A DNA stretch of 60,885 bases, the filler included, from Candidatus Babelota bacterium (lineage in GTDB: Bacteria; JAGOBX01), in the NCBI GenBank assembly GCA_017999075.1. It is 11 parts of 11 records of this genome, joined end to end, with 100 filler letters (N's around TTAATTAATTAA, not from the genome) between each part and the next. Parts side by side here need not be neighbours in the genome. Positions count along the whole stretch, not along the records: positions 28,029 to 32,106 come from JAGOBX010000386.1; positions 32,207 to 36,271 come from JAGOBX010000387.1; positions 36,372 to 40,415 come from JAGOBX010000388.1; 8 more parts are not named here. One strand, 5' to 3'. Made by a program: the position numbers and the translations under genes. This document shows, in pieces, positions 28,256 through 36,521 of the stretch. Numbering within the stretch: the first letter of the stretch is position 1; each line of letters starts with the position of its first letter. Under the pieces are notes generated by a model. It was not told where the DNA came from. It ran no database searches and worked only from the letters and a program-made list of their open reading frames with translations.

Positions 28256-28954
28256 ATGGAAAATTTTGAAAAAGAAATAAAACATTATGCTAAAATAGGT
28301 TGGGGTATCATAATTGTTATTTTTGTTATAGTGGGGAGTTTATTTCTTTATCCAATTTTGATGAATTCATATATTTCATATCTACGAACTAATGGAAATA
28401 ATGATAATGAAGTTACTGTAAAGAAGGGTAAAGTTGAATGTATTTATTCAACAACAATTATACCCCCTGATTATGATTTGCGAATCAAAATAAATAAATT
28501 TGAAAAAAAAAATTGGATATGGAAAAAATTAGATTTAAAACAAGTTGACAATTTAAAATTAAATGATTTATCCAATATTAAAGAAACTTATTATATTAGT
28601 GCAAAAAATTCGAAGAAAGGATTATATTTAATAACAACATATTTTGTTAAATACAATGACAGGGAAAATGAAAAAATATATAAATCTCAATACCTTCCGC
28701 CAAAAAAAATAAGTGAAGAAGCAAGTATTTTACTGTATACTGAAGATAGAACATTAACTGGGAAATATAAAATAGATTTTACTGTATTTGTAGATAGAAT
28801 TTTATCGGATTATGAAAGAAGCATTGCAACAGATAGACAAATGAATGACCGATGGAGTGCAAATAGATTGGATGGAGGAGTGACTTTTGATTTAGGTCCG
28901 CTTGATGATGCTTATAAAAGCAGTGATATTTCAAAAATAATAATTATTAATTAA
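28256..28954 (+). CDS. Hypothetical membrane-anchored protein
   Basis: 232-aa ORF with a single N-terminal TM helix. Confidence 0.7.
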   Translation: MENFEKEIKHYAKIGWGIIIVIFVIVGSLFLYPILMNSYISYLRTNGNNDNEVTVKKGKVECIYSTTIIPPDYDLRIKINKFEKKNWIWKKLDLKQVDNLKLNDLSNIKETYYISAKNSKKGLYLITTYFVKYNDRENEKIYKSQYLPPKKISEEASILLYTEDRTLTGKYKIDFTVFVDRILSDYERSIATDRQMNDRWSANRLDGGVTFDLGPLDDAYKSSDISKIIIIN

Positions 28955-28996
28955 AAATATTCCAAAATGAGCTTTTGATATAAACGGTGATGATTT

Positions 28997-29248
28997 ATGA
29001 AAGTATATTATATTTACTTAAATGAAGAACAAAAGGGACCTTTTGATATAAATGAAATATCATCAATGTTACATCAAAATATTATTGATATGAATACTTA
29101 TATCTGGAAAGAAGGTTTTGAAACTTGGGTATTACTTTCAGAATTAAATGAATTTCAAATAACGAAAAAAACGAGTGATTCTATTGTAGAAAAAAAAATA
29201 TCAATTTTGAGCAAAATAAATCAAAAAAAAAAGAAAATATTGATTTAA
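28997..29248 (+). CDS. GYF_2 (DUF4339) domain protein, N-terminal part
   Basis: YYIYLNEEQKGPF...I....I...TYIWKEGFETWV...L.EF is the GYF_2 pattern. Confidence 0.8.
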   Translation: MKVYYIYLNEEQKGPFDINEISSMLHQNIIDMNTYIWKEGFETWVLLSELNEFQITKKTSDSIVEKKISILSKINQKKKKILI

Positions 29249-29559
29249 TGCAAGGATTGGATGAAAAACTTAACAAAATAATTTTATTTATTTCAATTTT
29301 AGGTATAGCGAGAATAATTGATACTTTAATTTTTCATAAATCTTTATCTTTAGGAGGAATTTTTTTAATATTATCAGCTTTTTTTATAAGAAAAGGATCA
29401 TTAAATTGGTTTTATTTTGCGGTAATATTAACTATTCCCATTAATTTAGGTAATGAATCGTTATTGGTTCAGTTGGGGCGTTTTTTATGTTTTATATTTC
29501 TTATTTTTAACTTTAAAGTCGTTAGATTGCTAAAATTAAATATGCACAAATCATTTTAA
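29248..29559 (+). CDS. Small multi-TM protein, probably the frameshifted C-terminus of the GYF_2 protein
   Basis: About 4 hydrophobic segments; -1 frame is open back through the A10 tract at 29223-29232. Confidence 0.6.
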   Translation: MQGLDEKLNKIILFISILGIARIIDTLIFHKSLSLGGIFLILSAFFIRKGSLNWFYFAVILTIPINLGNESLLVQLGRFLCFIFLIFNFKVVRLLKLNMHKSF

Positions 29560-29586
29560 TGCAATTAAGGATTAAGAAAGATGAAA

Positions 29587-29704
29587 GATTTGAATAACCC
29601 ACCAAATGTTATTCATGTTGATAGAAATGAAAAATTAAGGCGATAAATTTCTTGGCAATAAAAATGAGAATAATTCATTGGGGAGTATTACTATGGGTGA
29701 GAAG
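29587..29704 (+). repeat. ~120-bp diverged direct repeat, copy B
   Basis: About 80% identical by eye to 28045-28164. Confidence 0.85.
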
Positions 29705-30094
29705 CAATATTATTTATACACTTCGGAAGGACAGTCAGGTCATTATACTTTTGATATGATAAAAAAACGGAGCTACTTCATATAACTTTTAAGGCGTAAA
29801 CGATGTTGCGGGATAGCAGAAAAGTAGTATCTTTCCGCAACTGCGTTTTACGCCAAGATGAACGGGGCGCGTCTGAATTCTAAAATATTAATAATGGAAT
29901 TTCTAGATTTTGTCATTGGTTATCCTGGCTATTTATTGGGTATTAAATTTAAAATATGAATTTAAATGCGTTGGATTAGTGGATGTTTGATGTTTTATTG
30001 GGTCAATTAATATATTATTTTTTAAAGGTTTGTAGGTAGAAAAAGAGAGAGATATTTTTAAAAAGCTTTTGATTATTAGTTATATATCAACTTA

Positions 30095-30361
30095 TCAAAC
30101 TATGAGCTCAGAAAAATTCACTTCATTATCATCATAATCAAAATATGTAATCTTTTCAACTTCCGAATTATAGGGATTTATTTTTAAAACAGCGTATCCA
30201 TTACAAAAGTTATACTGACAACTGTAATCGTCAGTGTTTATTTCTGATTCTTCGCCCATCGAGTCGCAGTCGACTAAGATTGATAATTTCTTATCTGAAA
30301 GGACATAGTTATCTAATATTTGCTGTAATTTTTTAACTGATAATTTTCTTTTTGCTTTCAT
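30095..30361 (-). CDS. Hypothetical small protein
   Basis: 88 aa, GGAGGT SD upstream of ATG. Confidence 0.65.
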   Translation of the reverse strand: MKAKRKLSVKKLQQILDNYVLSDKKLSILVDCDSMGEESEINTDDYSCQYNFCNGYAVLKINPYNSEVEKITYFDYDDNEVNFSELIV

Positions 30362-31141
30362 TTTAAAAACCTCCGTTTGTCTTAATTTATTATACTTTCC
30401 TCGATTTCACAGGTAAAGTCAACAGGCTTCAAACCGCATTAAACCCAGGGTTTAAACGTTATTCGATAATAAAATTTTTTTATTCAATCAATGTCGCACT
30501 TAACTACTTGAGTTTTGCAGTTTTAGTTTATAGTTAGCCGGTCAATTTTTTTTGAAATACGCAATTAAATCCGAATTATTTTTATATTTTTGCTTATCGT
30601 ATTTGTTTCTGCGGAAGTAGTATTCTGAAATAATCGAGTTTTTTCGGAGTACCAGTTCTATTATTATTAAATTTCAGATTACTACTAACAACTTTTTAAA
30701 ATATCGCTCTAATCTTTTTTTAAACGAGAAAAAATTAATATAGCTGAATGATTCATCTAATTCATAACTTTTCCTTTTATTTACCGGTAATGAGATAATA
30801 AACACATTTTCACTGTCGAATAAAAATATATTCTTCGAAAATCCGCGGTTTAACGCAGAACTAACTTATTATAAAATACGGAGTTCGAATATTGCCGGAA
30901 AATAAATGGTAAAATCTGCGAATCAAATTTCAAAAACCAACCTTTACAAAGCCGCTCTCGACCGCATAAAAACCGGGTTCTGAACGCCAGTCAAATTTAT
31001 TAAAGAAAATTGGAAACCTCTACGTATTAAAATTGCATAAATACGCAGTGCTCCGCGCTGTTGATTTTCAATAAAAAATTTTGTATGCTTATATTGTCCG
31101 CAGATGACTGCGACACTAAATTTTAATGGAGAGTGAATACA

Positions 31142-32032
31142 ATGAAGAATGAAACAAAAAATAACACACCCAAAAAGGGTCTCGCATTTTTACGCGTTTC
31201 AACCCAAAAACAAGAGGACAATTATTCATATTCGATGCAACAGTCAGCATGTGAAAAACTGGCGGCCGATAATAATATAGAGATAGTAAAAATTATTAAA
31301 GAACAAGTTTCAGGTGCTGAATCTTTGAAAAATCGTCCTGGTGTTAATGAAATGTTATCTATTTTGAAGGATAATTATAAAACAGAAAATCACATTGATT
31401 ACATTTTGATTTTGAATAGAACCCGTTTGTCCAGGGATGTCAGCACGGGAATTTTTCTGGAAAAGAAAATAATTGATTATGGAGCAAAAATTCTTTCTCA
31501 TGCGGAACCAACTTTAGAAAATAATGACCCTTTTTCAAATGCAATGAGAAATTTTATTTTTACGATGTCACAACTTGAGAAGGAACTCGTTTCCTCCAGG
31601 CTCCTCGAAGGGCGGCGACAGAAACATAAAACTGTAATAATTCAATCAAGCAAAAGAAAAGGGGTAGGATTTTGCGGGTCATGTACCAGCACAGGCTACC
31701 AATCTGTTAATGGTTTGTTAGTAGTTGACCCAAAATATGCAACGTTCATTAAAGACATAGTGCGAAAGATAATTGTTGAAAATAAATCGGTTTACTCGAT
31801 AGTTAAAGAACTTAACAGAAAAATCGAGGATGGTGAGCCTGATGCTATTTATCCAAAACGCGGAGGAAAAAGGTTCACGGTTAGCGGAATTTTGTATATT
31901 TTAAAAAATGAAACTTTAAACGCGGTTTCCAAATTTGACGGGTTAAGAAAACCAGGGTGTCATCAAAGCATTATCAGTAAAAGACAAAGAAACCAAATCA
32001 TAGAAATCTTGAATCAAAGAAAATCTGCTTAA
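31142..32032 (+). CDS. Serine recombinase (resolvase catalytic domain plus recombinase DNA-binding domain)
   Basis: RVSTQKQ catalytic Ser motif, SGA...RPG, RLSR, LEK.....R...GR; start is GTG 31133 or ATG 31142. Confidence 0.9.
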   Translation: MKNETKNNTPKKGLAFLRVSTQKQEDNYSYSMQQSACEKLAADNNIEIVKIIKEQVSGAESLKNRPGVNEMLSILKDNYKTENHIDYILILNRTRLSRDVSTGIFLEKKIIDYGAKILSHAEPTLENNDPFSNAMRNFIFTMSQLEKELVSSRLLEGRRQKHKTVIIQSSKRKGVGFCGSCTSTGYQSVNGLLVVDPKYATFIKDIVRKIIVENKSVYSIVKELNRKIEDGEPDAIYPKRGGKRFTVSGILYILKNETLNAVSKFDGLRKPGCHQSIISKRQRNQIIEILNQRKSA

Positions 32033-32035
32033 TTT

Positions 32036-32075
32036 AAGGGAGCAGTGGTTTAGAAAAACCACTGCCCTTTTTTTT
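32036..32075 (+). terminator. Rho-independent terminator
   Basis: GCAGTGGTTT-AGAA-AAACCACTGC followed by T8. Confidence 0.85.
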
Positions 32076-32106
32076 CACCGCTTATTCGGGACAAAATCAG
32101 TGACAT

Positions 32107-32206
32107 NNNNNNNNNNNNNNNNNNNNNNNNNNNNNNNNNNNNNNNNNNNNTTAATTAATTAANNNNNNNNNNNNNNNNNNNNNNNNNNNNNNNNNNNNNN
32201 NNNNNN
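32107..32206. other. Artificial contig linker
   Basis: N44-TTAATTAATTAA-N44. Confidence 0.99.
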
Positions 32207-32473
32207 ATGTTTAACATTCTCACCTTCGCGGTATGATTCTGCTATTTGAGCATATTGATTATTTTTTGATTTAGTTATTTTTATAAACATACTACAAATA
32301 TATCACAATTAAATACATTTGTCAAGTAAAATTGTGGTTTTTTTAACAAAATGACAAAAAAGTTTAGACTACATTTGTTCCTGAAAAACAAAAACTTTAA
32401 TTGTAAGGCTTTGTTTTCCAAACAGTTACAAAATTAAAATGCCTGTTTTTTTATCCCAACTGACAAACTCAGG
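32207..32473 (-). mobile_element. Left end of an IS1634-family insertion sequence with the first 28 codons of its transposase
   Basis: Minus strand ATG at 32290 gives MFIKITKSKNNQYAQIAESYREGENVKH, an IS1634 transposase-like N-terminus; a terminus-like CCTGAGTTTGTCAG starts at 32473. Confidence 0.75.
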
Positions 32474-32711
32474 AGTGTCAATCAGATGGAATGCTAATGA
32501 TGAAAAAGATATTTTAGGATACAATATTTACGCTAAACTGGATAATTCTCAATGGGAAAAAATAAACAGAAACGATGAATTCATAAAAAAAACAGAATAT
32601 ACTGTTAATACAAAAATTCCGGCAGGAAGTAAAATTTATATCAGAATCACTGCTCTTGATAAAATGCGCAATGAGAGCGAACCTTCTGATTATGTTGAAC
32701 AACAATATTAA
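32474..32711 (+). pseudogene. 3' remnant of an FN3-domain gene interrupted by the IS
   Basis: VSIRWNANDEKDILGYNIY...IRITALDKMRNESEPS FN3 motif; the ORF-track start at 32439 lies inside the IS end. Confidence 0.65.
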
Positions 32712-32731
32712 AAATCATCCGGAATATTCAA

Positions 32732-33358
32732 GTGGACTCCGAGGATAACAAAATTTTCATACCTCGATTAGTTGAATCTGTTAAAGTCATAAATAATATT
32801 CCTTTAAATATCAAATTTCATAATTTGCGTTTTAATGAAACCAGACATTATTTATTTGGAATTAATGAACAAATAAATCTCGCCGATGTAATTAACCCTC
32901 CGGTTTCTTATCTCTATTCAATTTTGAAATGCAGGATAATTTACACACAAACTATTCTGAAAATAAATTTCGAAGTTTATACTCCTAAAAAAATTGATAC
33001 CTTGAAAATAATAAAATCAGATGATATATGTTATGAATATAAATTCGAAAATAGAAAAAAAATAAATGATTTATTTTCTCAAAAAGAAAAATGCAGCGAT
33101 ATACTTATAGTGAAAAATGGTTTTATAACAGACACATCATTTTCTAATATAATTTTTTTTGACGGAACAAAATGGATTACTCCGTCAACGCCTCTGCTGA
33201 AAGGAACCAAACGGGCTGAACTTCTTTCAAATAATATAATATCCGAAGAAGAAATAAAATTTTCCGATCTTCTTTTATTTAAAAAATTTATGCTTATAAA
33301 CGCTATGCTTGATTTTGATTTTAAAAGTCAATACGATATGTCCAGTATTATTAATTAA
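32732..33358 (+). CDS. Aminotransferase class IV / aminodeoxychorismate lyase-like protein
   Basis: FH..R, ITDTSFSNIIF, W.TP.TPLLKGTKR, LINAM. Confidence 0.8.
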   Translation: MDSEDNKIFIPRLVESVKVINNIPLNIKFHNLRFNETRHYLFGINEQINLADVINPPVSYLYSILKCRIIYTQTILKINFEVYTPKKIDTLKIIKSDDICYEYKFENRKKINDLFSQKEKCSDILIVKNGFITDTSFSNIIFFDGTKWITPSTPLLKGTKRAELLSNNIISEEEIKFSDLLLFKKFMLINAMLDFDFKSQYDMSSIIN

Positions 33359-33440
33359 TACTTTCAAAAAATCATATTAATCGCTTTTTCAATTTAATAC
33401 CTGTATTTATTACTATTTATCCCAAACACTCTATATTTTA

Positions 33441-35399
33441 TTATTTAATTTTAAATGCCTGCATATTTGGTAAATCTAATATTTTATCTGATTTATTAAT
33501 AACTGATTCTTTTATTACCTGACATACGCCTTCCGACCATTCGGTATCGTGAAAAACAACAATTGCGTTCTGCGCCAAAAACGGACTGTAAAGTTCCCAA
33601 TCTCTTTTACATCCTTTATAAGAATGATCCCCATCTATAAACAACAAATCAATTTTTTCATCTAATTTCTTAAAATCATTAATTACATCATGACTCCATC
33701 CTCTTAATATTTCAATATGATTTTTGAATTTAACCGTATTATTGATAAATTCAGCAAAGGTTTTCTTTTCCCCTTCACTCATTGAATTATTTTCCCAGGT
33801 GTCAATACAATAAAGTTTTCCTGATTTATTTTTTATTCCATCCGCAATAAAACAACTGCTGGCGCCAAGATAACTTCCTATTTCAACAGCTACAGGATTT
33901 GTTGTTTTCAAATTTTTCGACAATTTATGCAGACCAATTTTTTCTTCATCAGTAAGATGAGTAATTATTTTTTTTTCTTCATTAAGTCTGAATATTAAGA
34001 AATATATTTTATTTACAAAAATATCTTTTCTTTTTTTTATTTTTTTAAATATCGCAAACATTTTTTCGTTAATTTTTTTTATCTTGTTGTAGTTTTTATT
34101 CCTGATTCTCACAAATTTTGATATGTATTTTGATATTTTGTATAAAAGCAATCTTTTTTTTATTGATAATTCGGGAGTTTCAATCAAAATTTTATCGCCC
34201 ATTCCTCCAATATTTTCATAAATCTGATTTTCGTCCGCTTTAAGATATTTATTGTCTTTTGCCCAAACATATAATTCAGTGCCGAAAAGAGGATTGATAT
34301 TAAAGAAAAAAACTTCACTGAAATTAGGATATTTAAGAACAAATAAAAATGATTTTATAACATGCAGAAATTTTTCTCCAGGCAGTCCAATTATAAAAAA
34401 ACCTATAACTGATATATCAAGTTTTTTAAGCATTTTCATACATTTGTCAATGTCTTTCAATGATTCTCCTTTTTTGATTTTCTCCAGAATATCCTCATTT
34501 GCGCTTTCTATGCCTATCGCAATTCTGTTAAGTCCGTATTTTTTTATTTTTGAAAGCATATCATAATCAGCGTCATTAGCTCTCATTCCATCAGAAGACA
34601 TTTTGATATCCAATTTTTCTTTTTTTAAAGCATCGCATAAATCTATTATTCTTTGTTTTGAAAAGAAAAAATTACTGTCTATGAAATTAAATTCCTTATA
34701 CCCTTTATTATACCAGTAACAAATTTCCTTAATTATATTTTCAACATTTCTTTTTCGCCATTTTCTGCCCATTGATAAAAACGCTCCGCAGAATGTGCAG
34801 GAAAAAGGGCATCCTCTCGAAGAAGCAATTTGTATTATCCTTCCATATTTCTCCATATCAAACTTTTTGTATTTCGGGAAGTCAATATTATCCAAATCGT
34901 TTATAAGGGTTCTCTGACCGTTATAAATAATTTTTCCTTCACTATTTTTATAAATTAAACCTTTCCCTGTATTAAAATTGTTTTCATTCAACAATTCTAA
35001 AAGCGTTTCTTCACCCTCATTTGTAATTCCAATATCTATGGAAGGGCATTCAAATAAAGCTGCTTCTTTTGCAAAAGAAATATGCGGGCCGCCTGCAATA
35101 ATTTTTATATAAGAAAATTTATTTTTAATTTTATTTATAACTGAATAATTATGAGTTATATCCAAAGACATTAAAGATATTCCTATGTATTCGGGTTTGC
35201 AATCTTCTATTTTTTCAATAAGTTTATCTTCGCCGTTTATTACAATATCATAAACATCATAAGAAATCCCGTTTAATTCCAGTTGTTCAGCCAAATAACC
35301 TAATCCTACAGGCAATATCGGTATGTTCCATCTGCTTGACGGATAACTTGGCGCTACCAGTAAAATTCTTGTTTTTTTTAAATTTTCAGGCATTTCCAT
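33441..35399 (-). CDS. B12-binding radical SAM enzyme fused to a class I SAM methyltransferase (Methyltransf_24-like)
   Basis: GGPH, GEE, SRGCPFSCTFC (CxxxCxxC); C-terminal VEIGSYLGAS, IDTW, LFIDGDHSY, VFHD. Confidence 0.88.
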   Translation of the reverse strand: MEMPENLKKTRILLVAPSYPSSRWNIPILPVGLGYLAEQLELNGISYDVYDIVINGEDKLIEKIEDCKPEYIGISLMSLDITHNYSVINKIKNKFSYIKIIAGGPHISFAKEAALFECPSIDIGITNEGEETLLELLNENNFNTGKGLIYKNSEGKIIYNGQRTLINDLDNIDFPKYKKFDMEKYGRIIQIASSRGCPFSCTFCGAFLSMGRKWRKRNVENIIKEICYWYNKGYKEFNFIDSNFFFSKQRIIDLCDALKKEKLDIKMSSDGMRANDADYDMLSKIKKYGLNRIAIGIESANEDILEKIKKGESLKDIDKCMKMLKKLDISVIGFFIIGLPGEKFLHVIKSFLFVLKYPNFSEVFFFNINPLFGTELYVWAKDNKYLKADENQIYENIGGMGDKILIETPELSIKKRLLLYKISKYISKFVRIRNKNYNKIKKINEKMFAIFKKIKKRKDIFVNKIYFLIFRLNEEKKIITHLTDEEKIGLHKLSKNLKTTNPVAVEIGSYLGASSCFIADGIKNKSGKLYCIDTWENNSMSEGEKKTFAEFINNTVKFKNHIEILRGWSHDVINDFKKLDEKIDLLFIDGDHSYKGCKRDWELYSPFLAQNAIVVFHDTEWSEGVCQVIKESVINKSDKILDLPNMQAFKIK

Positions 35400-35466
35400 C
35401 TCTTAATTTATTTATAAATTTTGTTTAATAATATTTATTATATTCTATTTATAAATCCTATATATT

Positions 35467-36271
35467 TTATTTTTTTGCTTTCAAATGTATTATGGATATT
35501 TCCGGAAAAGAAAATATCCTGAACGGCGGGCCCCATGTTCCGGCGCCGTTATTAACATATATATAACTGTCATTTTTCAATTCGTATAATCCTGAAATAT
35601 ACTTATAAAACCGTTTTACAAGCAAGAGTCCTGGAAAAATTTGACCATTATGAGTATGACCTGAAAGCATCAAATCAAATTTGTATAATATTTCATCAGG
35701 TATTAACGGTTTATGTTTTAAAAATATTATAAATTTATTTTTATCTATTTTTTCTAATAACCTTTTTTCTTTTTCAGCAGTTTTCACATTATTCTGCCAA
35801 CTCGGATCATCTCCAGAACCAACAAGAACAATGTTTTCGTTAATATTATGAATGCAGTTATCAATATTAATAATCCCGCTTCTATGCAGAAACTCTTTCA
35901 AATCCGAAAATTCTATATGATCATCATGATTTCCTGTTATAAAAAATTTTCCGAAATTCGGATTAAGCTTATTAAATTCCGAAACAACATATTCAGTTTC
36001 AAACAGCCTATCTTCAAATAAATCTCCTGTTATAACAAGCAAATCAGGTTTTTCAGACATAATTTTTTCTATCATTATATCAAATCTATATTTATTAAAC
36101 ATTACCCCAAGATGTATATCGCTTATCTGAGCAATAGTTATTTCGCTACTTTTTTTTATTTTCGAACTAAAAATATTTATTCTGTTTACATCAATTTTAT
36201 TTGATTCGTAAAAACCGTAAACACAAAACAATAATGACAATAAAATCCAAATCACACTTATTATTTTAAAA
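35467..36271 (-). CDS. Membrane-anchored metallophosphoesterase (YkuE-like), 5'-truncated
   Basis: SDIHLG, TGDL, GNHD, LSGHTHNGQ, G.GTWGPPFR...PEI. Confidence 0.88.
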
Positions 36272-36371
36272 NNNNNNNNNNNNNNNNNNNNNNNNNNNNN
36301 NNNNNNNNNNNNNNNTTAATTAATTAANNNNNNNNNNNNNNNNNNNNNNNNNNNNNNNNNNNNNNNNNNNN
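36272..36371. other. Artificial contig linker
   Basis: N44-TTAATTAATTAA-N44. Confidence 0.99.
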
Positions 36372-36521
36372 GTAAAAATTATGTTGTCGCCCGATGTTCA
36401 TCATAAAGAAAATTTTGAATATATTAAACTCGGTGGGGGTATGGCCAGAAAAGGAATGCTAACTAAAAATGATGTTGTAAATACTTATGAACAAGCTGAA
36501 TTAAAACAAATATTCTCATAA
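36372..36521 (+). CDS. 3' end of a PHP-domain (PolX-type) gene, not in the ORF track
   Basis: Translates VKIMLSPDVHHKENFEYIKLGGGMARKGMLTKNDVVNTYEQAELKQIFS*, matching the PolX/PHP C-terminus (D.H...G...AR.G.L...V.NT). Confidence 0.7.
   Translation, partial: VKIMLSPDVHHKENFEYIKLGGGMARKGMLTKNDVVNTYEQAELKQIFS

Noticed and set aside
28045..29704. Repeat peptide resembling the BsuBI/PstI restriction enzyme C-terminus (IH...GDKFLG)
   Set aside because: It needs a frameshift in both copies and the similarity is too short to support without an HMM search
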